Assembly (NCBI GenBank): GCA_026026165.1
Contig: JAPEUD010000047.1
Coordinates: 179,305-199,304, forward strand
Reading direction: 5' to 3'
Origin: Sarea resinae
Lineage: Eukaryota
DNA: 20,000 bases
The position numbers were made by a program, and so were the translations under genes. The first letter of the stretch is position 1. Every line of letters begins with the position of its first letter. Below are positions 1 to 11,507 of the stretch, in pieces. The notes beneath the pieces are model-generated. The model did not search any database. It was given only the letters and a program-made list of their open reading frames with translations, and was not told the origin of the DNA.

Positions 1-89
1 TTCAGCTACGTTTGGGACGATTGTGACCGACCTCGTGGCCTATTCAACTCGTTCGCCGCATTATACAATTGGGCGTGTTCGCGACGGTA

Positions 90-609
90 ATGCTTCGAAG
101 GGCCTTGATCAGCAAAGGGTGGCGGTCAATGTCGACGATGGCTTCTCAGTCAGTGACTCCCGTGGAGGACGCCGTTCGGGCCAAGGTACGCGCTGCTGTC
201 ATTGACCGCAATCCACCGCATGAAACTGAAAGGACTGGCTAGATCATCGAAGCTATGCACCCTACAACTCTGGAGATCTACAATGACTCCCACATGCACG
301 CACATCATAAAGCCATGGAAGGCAGCACTTCCAAGGAAACCCATTTCAGGTACCAGACTCCCGATATCGAGCTGAAGACAGTCTTCCTGACAATATCTCA
401 GGATGGTGATTACGTCTGATGTTTTCAAGTCGAAGATGCAACCAGCAAGACATCGAATGGTCTACGCGCTGCTTAAGGATGAAATGGACAGAGCGGGAGG
501 GATCCATGCCCTGCAGTTACGGACAAGGACGCCCGAAGAGGAGGAAAGGCAGCTTGCTCGGGAGCGGGAAGAAAGAGGAGAACCCATTACCGAGATTGAG
601 AAGAGTTGA
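90..609 (+). CDS. bolA: BolA-family protein (Bol1/Uvi31-like), probable mitochondrial presequence; exons 90-185, 243-349, 402-609 (136 aa)
   Basis: Spliced translation MLRRALISKGWRSMSTMASQSVTPVEDAVRAK|IIEAMHPTTLEIYNDSHMHAHHKAMEGSTSKETHFR|MVITSDVFKSKMQPARHRMVYALLKDEM..GGIHALQLRTRTPEE. It shows the BolA hallmarks (NDSH.H, ETHF, RHR.VY, IHAL). Introns 186-242 (GTACGC..CTAG) and 350-401 (GTACCA..CTGAC..CAG) keep the frame. Confidence 0.93.
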
Positions 610-1082
610 GGGTCTGATTGGGAGCGTAGACATGGACACGGATGTCGAAGACAGACAACTCCACCAAAGTCCCGGCTGGCTGATGCCTAAAGAACAAACA
701 GCAGAGGCAACCCCGCGAAGAAGCTCTTGGACAGCCGGGCGTTGCGGAGATCGATGTCCTGGACTTTTGGCTTCTACATAGGACGGTGTGAAACACGCAG
801 TGTCGAGAACGGAGGCACGGCTTATACGGGCGCAGTCAGTTGAGTCTGGAGTGCCATCAATCGAGGCACGCTCTCGGTTGCCGCCGAGTGACATTGTTGC
901 CGCACCAAAGGAGGGTCGCAATAGAATACTCCTGACGTCAAATGGAATCTGAAATCTGTGTCTTTGAAGTATTAGATCGTATCCTTGTGCTGATCAAACC
1001 AACATGTAGAATTGAATGCTATCGTCGCATTTCCAGTAGTACTGCGGTAGGTAATCCGCTTCGGCCAGCATCGCGGGATTGC

Positions 1083-1125
1083 GCGAGGGTTTCCGAAATC
1101 CTAGCCCTCGCTTAACTTGGTCACA
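1083..1125. promoter_or_regulatory. Candidate ribosomal-protein promoter elements: inverted pair GCGAGGG..CCCTCGC and a Homol-D-like GGTCACA
   Basis: GCGAGGG at 1083-1089 is the reverse complement of CCCTCGC at 1105-1111. GGTCACA lies at 1119-1125, about 130 nt upstream of the RPS2 ATG. Function is inferred from resemblance to fungal RP-gene motifs only. Confidence 0.3.
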
Positions 1126-1254
1126 CTAGCGCGCACACAATCAACCACCATTTCGAGATCTCGCGAAGCCGGCAACCACCAAAACGATCGCGACGACCAG
1201 CAACCTCCAACGGCCTCAACACCAAAGGAAAACGCCCAGTCAACCAGCACAATC

Positions 1255-2221
1255 ATGGCCGACGCACCACGTGGAGGAGCAGGAGCAGCCCGAGGCGGAT
1301 TCGGATCTCGTGGAGACCGCGGTGGTGACCGTGGGCGAGGCCGTGGCCGCCGTGGCCCTCGTCGCGGCGCCGGCAAGAACGAGGAGAAGGAATGGCAACC
1401 CGTCACCAAGCTCGGAAGACTGGTCAAGGCTGGCAAGATAAAGAGCATGGAGGAGATCTACCTTCACTCGCTCCCGATCAAGGAGTACCAGATTGTGGAC
1501 TTCTTCCTGCCCAAGTTGAAGGATGAGGTTATGAAGGTAATGCCCTGTGATAGTCTCTTATGGCTGGCGTTGTTTCCACTCAAGATACGCTTCGGGAGCG
1601 GGCAATTGTTATTCGAATAAATTCTGATCCAACTACGACTCCTACAGATCAAGCCCGTCCAGAAGCAAACCCGTGCCGGTCAACGTACCCGTTTCAAGGC
1701 CATCGTGGTCATTGGAGACTCTGAGGGCCATGTCGGTCTCGGCATCAAGACCTCCAAGGAAGTCGCAACTGCCATTCGTGCCGCCATCATCATTGCCAAG
1801 CTCAGCGTTCTGCCGATCCGAAGAGGTTACTGGGGTACTTCCCTCGGTGACCCGCACTCTCTGCCCACCAAGGAGAGCGGCAAGTGTGGTTCCGTCACCG
1901 TCAGAGTAAGTCGACAGAGTTCACGAACAGGTAGCTTTCAAAAGAGGCTAACCTGAAATCTAGCTCATCCCCGCTCCCCGAGGTACCGGCCTTGTCGCCT
2001 CGCCGGCCGTCAAGCGTCTCCTCCAACTTGCTGGTGTCCAAGACATCTACACCTCATCCTCCGGTTCGACCAAGACCCTCGAGAACACCCTCAAGGCCAC
2101 CTTCGTCGCAGTCGGCAACACCTACGGTTTCCTTACTCCCAACCTGTGGAAGGAGACCAAGCTCATCCGGAGTCCGCTGGAGGAGTATGGTGATGTCTTG
2201 AGGGAAGGCAAGAGATACTAG
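1255..2221 (+). CDS. RPS2: 40S ribosomal protein S2 (uS5); exons 1255-1536, 1648-1905, 1964-2221 (265 aa)
   Basis: RGG-rich N-terminus, then [98 protein letters not shown]. Both introns are phase 0 and canonical (1537-1647, 1906-1963). Confidence 0.99.
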
Positions 2222-3256
2222 AGGGATGTTCATGAGGGATGGAGAGATAGGGGAGCAAATCATATGCGGCTACTGGCTTTTGCTTTCATGAGACTCAAAT
2301 CTTTGTTCTGCACGTGCACACGGAGCTGGGCTTGTAGAGCATAGGGGCTGCTGCCTTGGGCAGCACTGAAAATTACAACCAATTCCAATTCAAAATCGTG
2401 TCTGAATCCGTGATATATCTGTTTGGTTGTCCGATATGGACGAGGAAAACCGTTCCGACTGGTTTATACCACTTCAGAGTGGCATTCCATGTGCAGGGGC
2501 TGTTGCGAGTTTGCAACTCAAGCATTACGCCATTATATTACTTACCTTCTCATCACTTCAACACTACATGCCCTAGCTCCACCGCTTGCACGTATACCCA
2601 AGTCATACCTTACAACAGCATCAACCGAACAGGCTAAGAACCCCATTCTCTATTCAGAAGTCCAAAACGCTCATTTTATTAAGTTTAACGAGAAGACTAT
2701 AAAGATGGCTTAAACCAAAAACAAAGAAGCAGGCATGGAAATATAATCAAGACTATAAGACAAACAAATGACCCCTTGAAATCAGCTTGGTCCATCTTCT
2801 GATTACTTGCCTATCCTCCTCTCGATTTACTCCGTACTCGCCGACACCTTTAACCCTCGAACTCTTTGAACTCTCTCAAACGCTTGTCACGTTTCGCCAA
2901 TTCGTGGGCCACACAATCAAAATCAAACGGCCGCGCTCTTTTCTGCCTCCGTTCACTCCACCTCTTGCTCCTCTTCCTGTTCTGCATCCTCTACTCCACA
3001 TTAACGGCCCTGGTTCATCTGCCTCGTTTCATGGAATTTGATCATGGGGGAGGAGGACTCGTATCCGGGGGTCATTTCCATAATCCTTCTCCAGCGCTCC
3101 TTTCGTTCTGCCAATACCGCTCTTACGAAATCTCGCTCCTCATCATTCTCCTCTTTTTCCTTTCCCTCTTCCTCCAAGGCTTCATCGATCTCAATCTCCT
3201 CCTGATCCACCCCGTGCGTTAAATTGAAAGCGGTCGGACCGATGGAGGGAGTACGT

Positions 3257-5413
3257 TCAGATGTCCCCTTGCGACGCCCTTTTTATCTGGTTCTTGAAGA
3301 CAGGCGGAGCCGGCTTGAACAGGAGCTCAGACCATGGCTTTTGCGGCCGCGAATGCGACTGCGACGACGCCCCCCAAAACGGCGGTGCCGATGCTAACGT
3401 TTCCTTGGCCTGTGCCTCAGCTTCAGTTGGAGGCTCGCTCACCAGCTCCGGAGCTCCCACAAGAAAGTGCTCCTCTGACAGGCGGCTGGGGCTCCAGTTT
3501 CGGGGCCAAGAAACAGTCCTTGACTCCGGCCCATTCCAGGGTCTCCACTGCACACCCTCCCTCGCCTTTCCCCTGCCCTCATTTTCGTAGTGAGACGCAG
3601 AGCTAGAACCAGACGCATTTGGTAGAGCAAAGAGAGGCGGCAACGCCGTTGGAGGCGAGATGAACCGGACACGAGAGCGGGGTCTAAGTGAACCTGCTTC
3701 TAAGGGTTCCGAGTTTTGCTTATGGAGTGCTGAGCGGAGGTTCGAGGTCGGCATGGGTGAACTTCTAGGGCTCAAAGCTGCATCGAAGAGCGAGCGGGTG
3801 GCTATGGCCGAGGAGCCGAACGGTAGCGGGGGCGGTGGCAGCGAGCGCCCCTGGGAGGGCCGCTCCAAGAGAGACGTCGGATATTTCGGGCGTGCGTTTG
3901 TTCTAGGTGATAGAGGTACACTTTCTAGTGTATGGTTGAACCTTGGGCTTGTCGGGCTTTGGAGACTTTTGCTTCGGCGATATCTCTTCGCCGGTGGGGT
4001 CAACAGTGAAGGATCTAATAAACGCTTTGGCGATCTGGGTAGGGAATCAGACGCGCGAGTAATATAAATCATTGGCGCCCGTGCATTTGCTGAGGCATCT
4101 AAGACGCTAGGGGCTGGTATGAGTGAGGCCGCGGATATTCTTTTCGAATGCGGTGCAGAGCGAATCTCCTCCGCGTCGTTCGACGAATTAGATGGCCGAA
4201 AATACGAAAGCACTCTCTCCGCTAGCGATGCTGCCGGTGATGATAAATACGACAAGAGTCCCCCGACCAGCGATCCTTCTGTGTGATCATCATTGATAGT
4301 TGGGGCTGATGACGAAGAAGAAGGCCCGGCATCGAAAGATAGCCCCGTATCCATTTGCCTGGTCCCAAAAGAAGCCATACTTGAGGACCGTGTGGGGTGC
4401 GAATTTTTGGAGAACAGTCGTTGTCGGGCCAAGGAAAGGGTGGATTGCGCTTGTTCCGTGGTGCTCGGTGGGTTCATATTCTCTTGGTCTTTTGGACCTG
4501 GAGGCATCTCCGGGATACCAGACACAGGGCCTGTTGCTCCTGCAGCACCAGCAGAGTAGGCCACGGGCCAGCGATCGACGGAAAAGAGCTTTCGGTCTTT
4601 CTCCGCCTGAGATTGTTCTGCTGCGAGTGCCCAAAGCTTGCCGTGATCCAGCCTGGGATCCAGCCTTTGATGACAAGCTTCAAGGTCATGTTTATTACCT
4701 GGGGACGCAATATCCATCTGCGGCAGAAAAGATGGCGCAGAAACGAAAATGGAAGATTCAGAGGACTCTGGAAGCCCTTGCTCGGGATCACAATCATGCA
4801 AAACATCAAGCACTTCAAGTGCAGCAGCTACAAATTGCTGCGTCGCAAAAATGGAGTCATCCTCCTTTTCTGCTTTTCCCCTAGTTTCTTCTAAAACCAT
4901 TTCTTCGTCTTCATCTGAATATAACACATCCAGCCAGCCGGTCTTGTTTTCTTGGCCAGCCGATTCGAAGGGACCGTCAAGAATATGCTCGGGGGTATTC
5001 TTCCTATATTCATGAACCTTTACCATCGCATTCACTTCATCGTAGAGTCTCAAGTCGCATTCTATCCTCTCCTGACTAAGCTCTCGAAGAAAGTCATCGA
5101 TAGCTTTCAGTTGCTTAGCAAAGGCAATGTCGGTTTTCGTATCTTCGACACTGAGGTATTGACGAGCTTGCATCAATTGCTGATCCGGTTGTGAATCGAG
5201 ATCGCCATTCACTATAGAGGGTGCAATTTCTGTTTCATTTCTGTCGCTTGATCCATCCCTGTTCTTAAGAGTTCGGGGAGGAAATCTAATTTCATAATTA
5301 GCCTTCTAAAACGCAACCCGGCAGTCACCTCTCGAAACGACGCAGTTGTGAGCGGAGCGGAGATCTTACAGGGTGAACGAGGAAAATCCTCTGAGTGACG
5401 AATTGGTATACAT
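3257..5413 (-). CDS. Hypothetical protein, Ser/Pro-rich and probably largely disordered; exons 5413-5370 and 5285-3257 (~690 aa); C-terminus may extend to 3001 via a frameshift
   Basis: The 651-codon ORF extends upstream in frame to an acceptor (GCTAAT..TTAG, AG at 5287-5286). A GTAAGA donor at 5369 and an ATG at 5413 (context ACAATG) join it in phase 2, giving MYTNSSLRGFSSFTL|FPPRTLKNRDG. No domain recognised. Confidence 0.75.
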
Positions 5414-6604
5414 TGTTGATGTTTATCAAAGTTTTATCGAGGGATTAGTTGAGCAATCATGCGATTTCTCAGCAGAATGTTCGAGACTGAGAACTTTTTG
5501 TGGAAGACCAGAAGAACACTGTATCTGGCACTCGGACATCTTTATGGAATGTCGAACAAGTTTTTGAAGTCGAAGAGGTTGCCGTCGGAGAAGACAAAGG
5601 GCGTTCAAGCGAGGGTTTCTTGGTCGCTGCTTGCGTCGAACACCAACAAAGTGCCTACCTTGTAATCTCATCATTTTCTTTGAAGATCATGCCTCTTACC
5701 ATTGAGCGGACAATTCATCCAAATGACTTGCGATAGTGCACAAATAAAAATGCGCCGATCGTAAAGCAGTAATTCAAGCCCTCTCACACCAGAAAAGGAC
5801 TCTGCAGTCTTGAGTAGCTTGAGAATAATATCTATTGTTATAGTCCGTCATACGAAGAAATTCAGCAGCGAATGCGGAGCCATTATTACGCCCACATTTA
5901 AGAGAAAAGTTGAACCTGGAATCGACGCTAGGGCGCTTCAATAGAGCTATAGCGTTTATTTTTCCATTTCGACCCTGGCAGTCACAGACCCTGGTGGTCA
6001 TTGGCCATAATGGTCACGACAATATGGGTATCATAGACCAAGTAGGGTTCGTCGAAGATTCAAGCAAATCCTGACTCAAGGTTGGCAACAGATCAGTTGA
6101 GTGAGGACTGCTGTTTGGCCCTGGCTGCCCGAATTAAGAAAGGGGCCCTATTGTCCTAGTGGTCGCCTATACCAATAACACAAATCGGCGAGCTATTGGG
6201 GTCAGTGAGCCATAAGACAAATTGCCCCGTGATTCGGAGACATGCAAGGGCCTTCGTATGTGCGAATTCTGGTATAAAAAGTCAGAAAACAATTAGTGAA
6301 TATCCGCGGCGGGTGAGGAAAGCGCTGTGAAGCAGTCACTTACCTATAATCTTAGTCCAGAACCTGGCTTTGCATGAAGATCCCTGTTTATTCATCAGCA
6401 AAAACCCTGAAGCTGCTTTCCTTCCAGCTATCTACCTTTCTTGTAGGTTCAGGTCGTCGAATTTCAGATTAACTAAAACGTTTCTCTTCAAGCGCCGAAG
6501 AACAAAGGCCCCTTCTTCATAACAATCTCCTGTACCCCCTCTTTAAACTCCGACGAATCGATATCCTCAAATCTGTTCTAGAGAAGATCTTCTGACTCAT
6601 TGAC

Positions 6605-8265
6605 ATGGCTCCGCCCTCATCTGCCCTACGCAGGCGCATATTGAAGGATTCGGGCCTTGAGAGGCCTATGGATGCCGCTTACCTTGCCTTGCGCGATGAT
6701 GTACGAACGAAGATACAGCAACCACTAGACGGGAGCGAATCTAGGCATTCGCGAAGAGACAGAGACTGCACGATTATGATCAATACAACACCCACCATGC
6801 TCCACCTTAGTGAATTCTATCATCATGGTTTGGGACCATCTCAGCAGTCAGTGGTCTTGATCACGGACGCAATCAGTCAGGATCTCGATAGGCCTCCAGT
6901 CGCACGAGGGCCGTCTTTTGTGCCGATTAAAAATTTCATTGTCGCTGGACATTGGCTGAGTGCGGAGGAGGCATCTGGTGAGGAACGTTACGATATACGC
7001 CCTCACGAGTTTCAGGTCGTCATCCCGACTGAGGGCGAAAGCAAGAATGGCGACAAGAACGGAGATAGCTGCAACAGCAAGGACAAAAGTGATACAGAAG
7101 GTGGAGTACCACTTCCATCAAGCCAAGGGCCCCACGGATGCAATTTAAAGGACAAAGATACAAATATCGTAAACAAAAATCTCGAACATTCTGTCTGTGA
7201 TTGTCTTGGGGAAAAGTGTACCAACTTGGTCAGAAGAAAGAGTCAAGGAGAGCTATTGGAAGAGGCTCGTACTGTGCAGCACATCGTGAAGGCTCTGAAA
7301 CTGATGCCCGACCTCGAAATGTTCAAGTAAGATGAGACTTCCCCCCAGCCCCCCTCACCCCCCGCGGGACCAATACTTACGGATTGTCAAGATGGACATC
7401 CGATCTTCCTATCACAGGAGAGGTTCTATCTATTGTGCTGACCCAACGCACCCTCGGCGAGCTTTGGCTGGACCTGCTACGTCCAGGCATCCGTTGTCAT
7501 ACTCTCGATGGGGATGAACTTCCGAGGATATGGCTAGCTCCGGCCTACCAAATCGGTTGTTTGCGGAAGATCACCCTGACCGGCATGCTCGACTCGTACC
7601 AGTTCGAAATCTGGAAAATCGCGTTTCTGAGTCCAGCCTTGAAGGAGCTGATACTGGAAATGATTCCAGAGCCAAACATCCGCAGTGATCATGCGAATGA
7701 TTGGCCATTCATTCAGGGCGACCACTGGCTCAAGAGTGAAGAGGAAGTCTCGATGAGTTACCAGTATGGATCTGATCTTCAAAAGGGTGATCGTCATTTG
7801 CTAATGAAGACTAGCGGGGACAATGGTTCAGGAAGAATCCATTATCGTCTTGGCTATGGTGAGTACCTAGATGAAAAAGCGATGCATGACGCTCGAGAAT
7901 CTGCAAAGCAGACTAGACGCGTCGGCAAGGTGCTCTCCATTGAGGTCCTTCGCCTGAAGGGGTTCGTTGTCGACGCGAGACCCTTTTTCAAGTACTTTGA
8001 TCCCACACAGCTTCACGTCCTGGAGCTCGAGCACTGCATTGACGCAGGACTCGCACTGCCAAGAGACATGTGGGAGCGCATAACAATAATATGTCCCGAG
8101 GATGGCCGATCTGGGTATGAGGCAGTCGTAGCAATGGGGAAATCAACAAAGGAAGAGGTTGCGAGAGTTCGATCGTCGAGAGCCAGCCTAGTGACGATCG
8201 GAGACGGGCTGGGTTCCAAAAGGCAGCCGGCTTCTGGAGAAAACAGGGGGTACACGACCGCATAG
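6605..8265 (+). CDS. Fungal hypothetical protein with degenerate leucine-rich/RNI-like segments; exons 6605-7326, 7392-7763, 7815-8265 (~514 aa)
   Basis: ORFs of 241 and 293 aa are joined by intron 7327-7391 (GTAAGA..CTTAC..AAG), giving LKLMPDLEMFK|WTSDLPITGEVL. A second in-frame 51-nt intron is predicted at 7764-7814 (GTATGG..GCTAAT..CTAG). LxxLxL-type segments include LRKITL, LKELIL, IEVLRL and LHVLEL. The fold assignment is inference. Confidence 0.8.
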
Positions 8266-10997
8266 AGTCGGGCGAGATGTCTCAGCTAGTGGAACGTCGA
8301 GATGGGGAGGTCATAGCTACTTCGCCGACCTTCGACCACCGGAATATCCTAAATAACGAAGCAGCCCCCCACGACGAGGGTTCTGTCGATGCAACCAATG
8401 AGGAAGCTATGGAATTTTCGAAAACCCGGGAGGAGCTGCGATCCATGAAATGGTGCACGATTCTTTGGCTGGCTTGGTCATACTCGAAGACGTTCATATC
8501 GTGAGTGGTTAGCACCCATCTAACGACACTCCGATCATGCTCGATCGCGAGCTGGCTCGGCAACCTGAAGACAGCTGGAGAGAGACTCTCGGTGACGTAA
8601 CAGCATCCGATTTATCAAACCCGCTCAGCCGTTGACATCAAGCTCTCGAGTACCAAGACCCGACGATCATGGAGGATCTTTTCGTCGATCGTGAACGGAA
8701 AGAATGAAGGAATCGCATCATCAGAGAAGTAATCAAAGGCCAACTTCTCGGAATGCCACCCTCATTGAAGTCGAGCACACTTGCACCGGATGACCGATAT
8801 GGAAGATCCCTTAGTCGAGTCTTCACCAGCAGAAAATATCAGAATGTTGTATCCCCGAGGCGAGGGGGACAAGAGTGTTCTTCAGCAAAATCAGCTTACG
8901 CTGGCTAAGCTTCTCAATGATCCACGATCCCTGTAAATTGATGATCTCACGGCACTAGGGCTGTATTGCACCTCCTAAATAGCCCGAAATATTTTGTTAA
9001 GGATCGTCATGCTGAAAATTCGAGATGCTCTAGACAGACATATCCCTACCAGTGTCTACTCTCCCGATACTCAACGCTCCGGCCGCCTGGCCGTTTCATG
9101 GGAGTTCTCTTGGATGGCATAACACGTATAAAATATGACAGCGAAGGCTAAGAAAATATGTGGTGACCATCGGAAATAGAAGCTACTCGCCCGGAAGCTG
9201 TGTACAACAAGCCTCAAAATTGACAACGTCTTAGACGGTTCAATTAGCGAGTAAGATGAAGTTTATCAACATAGCCATACAGTGTTGATAGGCTGGAACT
9301 TTGCTAGAAAGGAGCGGAAGGATTACATGTGCGACCATGCTTCCTCCCAGAAGCCATTCAGGCCTGTAGGCAGATTTGACACTTAGGGAATACAGCGTTT
9401 GTCTCCCAAGGATTCAAATTTTTAGACTGCAACTCGTCGGGAATGCCTAGTTGCAGATCCACAGAAGAGAGTCATAGTGAAGACCTATGGACCATATACA
9501 GGATATACTGCGAGGACAATGACGGGAGCAAACGAAAACTGTTGTTGCCATCAGCGAAAGCGTTTATTGATCTCCAGGGCGGATCCATCGGATTGCTGAA
9601 AGCGGTGAGAAGATGAAGAGATGTGATCAGGTACCAAATTGTCTTACCTTCATCCTCTCGCCCAGGTCTTTTGACTTCTCCGTGGGCAGCCAGCTTCTTG
9701 ACTGCCAGCTCATGCGCCTGCTGCATCGTCGATCGGTTCTCTAGCAGTTGAAGTGTCGTTTTTCTCCGCCTTTCTGCAGCTCCGACGTCTTGAGGCACCA
9801 GGAAAACGCCACGTAGAGAAAATAATGACGAACTCTCCGCTCCGGGCCTCCCCGTGCGACGAAGGCGTTGAACCCTATCGACAAGGCGACGGAACTAAAG
9901 GCCGCTTTGAACACGGTGGGAGTTCGATCAGGAAGGGCTGCGCTGTATGTCAGGGCGGATTGACTCGATTGAGGAGGTTTGGCGCAGTGAAGGTTCATGA
10001 TTGGGATGAACACCCTGAATCAGGAAGGAAGGAGGATCTACACCAGGCATCTCGAGACTCGCGAAAACAGAAGCTCCACCGTCCAGAACAGTAGAGGATG
10101 ACGGACCGCATGGCTAGACTTTCTGTTCCATTGCTTTCAGAAGCCTCTCATGTGGTGACGATGAGAAGGACTAGGCGTGTTTGGCCAGTCAGTCAGCGCA
10201 AAAAAGGGGGTATTTCGGTTTGCGTTGGATTGCATAGACAGGCATGCGAGACAACCTCATATTCAATGGCCGAGTCTCCAAGCGGAGTCAAAGCACGATC
10301 AGAGATGAGTTGGAGGTCCCGCATGAGAGATCCGCAAAAGATGACGAATTCATGCACATCGTCCAGGTCGTATCTCGATTGGCGAATCGGTGGGAGTTGG
10401 GAAGTCCGGAAGATCGCAAGAATGCTTGAATCCAGTATCTGCAGCTGCATATGTTCTGCAAGTGATTTGCAGTTCGTGCATTGCTGCTCACTTGATAACA
10501 AGGTCTCAGAGCTTCTCCAGACCCAAGGGGCTGCGGAGGGGAGGCCAGGGCCATTGCATAGGATCCAAGCTCACGCTCATCTGTGATTAGCCTACTCAAG
10601 AGCCGATCTTATGGACTGACTATGGCGGTGAACATCAGCTGGCACGGGACACTCCGACAAAGTCAGTACAACCCAGGAGCTTGAAGTCGCTATTCCTCGG
10701 AGACACGGATCATCCCCTTACATGATGCTACCCGTACGCTAAATCTTAGAACCCTCTAGCTCAGTCTTCGTCCAGAGCGGTCCCCCAATGAATCGAATTC
10801 CACAGCCACTGGACCTGAATCCCAATATCAGATTATGAGAAATGAAATTCATTTGTATATCTGATGAGTTGTAATAGGTACTTCTGAAGCAGCAACCGCT
10901 CGAGTTCCGTTACCATCGCCCAACGAGCATCCAAAAAGTCCTCCATATATTATCCCCAAACTGGGCAATCGCCGCCCATGAAATTTTCCACTTCCGA

Positions 10998-11507
10998 TCA
11001 AGAGGTGGCCTTGCATCCATACGCCGTAGTGGTCGTGACTGGCGCTTCCACAGTTGTGGTGTAATGGACTTGCTAGAAGTCGCATCAGCTCCAATCCCCC
11101 AGTCAACAAGGCCAATTCTGATCGCATAGCAACACATCTCTGTATATGGTGGAACGAAACTTACAAGCAAGACATGAAATCTCTGCATAACCTGAAGAGA
11201 GGAGCAGCCTTGACAGTCGATAGAACTGGTGAGCGTTTCAGTCGAGATATATGATGTGCTTGTAGGGCCACTGGTGAGGAGAGGTGCCGTGGAAATTGTG
11301 TGGGTGCATATGGAGACTGCTGATGCTTGTGGCGATGGCACGGCGCTTACACTGTCAGTAAACATAGTCAGATGGGCAGTCAGCAACGATCTTCCGTCAA
11401 TATGCCGCTCTTGGTTCACATAAGAGGAGAATAGAGGAAAGAAGGAATGGGAAGACCTACAGAGAGCCGCTCGCAGCAGCCAAAGTCATGTTCATGAAGA
11501 TTTTCAT
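10998..11507 (-). CDS. Small secreted Thr/Ser-rich protein with 4 Cys; exons 11507-11461, 11351-11165, 11072-10998 (102 aa)
   Basis: Spliced product MKIFMNMTLAAASGSLVSAVPSPQASAVSICTHTISTAPLLTSGPTSTSYISTETLTSSIDCQGCSSLQVMQRFHVLLQVHYTTTVEAPVTTTTAYGCKATS*. Introns GTAGGT..CTGAC..CAG and GTAAGT..GCTGAT..CTAG have consistent phases. N-terminus is signal-peptide-like, ending VSA|VP. Confidence 0.8.

Noticed and set aside
419..921. Overlapping 120-134 aa ORFs across the BolA 3' end
   Set aside because: Non-ATG starts in alternate frames over the BolA CDS and 3' UTR, with no protein-family signal.
1117..1254. N-terminal extension of RPS2 from the TTG start in the ORF track
   Set aside because: Non-ATG start and CA-rich UTR-like sequence. 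ATG1255 matches the usual uS5 start.
1537..1647. Intronic box C/D snoRNA in RPS2 intron 1 (GTGATAG..CTGA)
   Set aside because: The C box does not match RUGAUGA, the CTGA is explained as the branch site, and I saw no terminal stem or rRNA guide.
3261..5194. Multiple plus-strand ORFs of 80-194 aa
   Set aside because: They are antisense shadows of the long minus-strand CDS and have no recognisable motifs.
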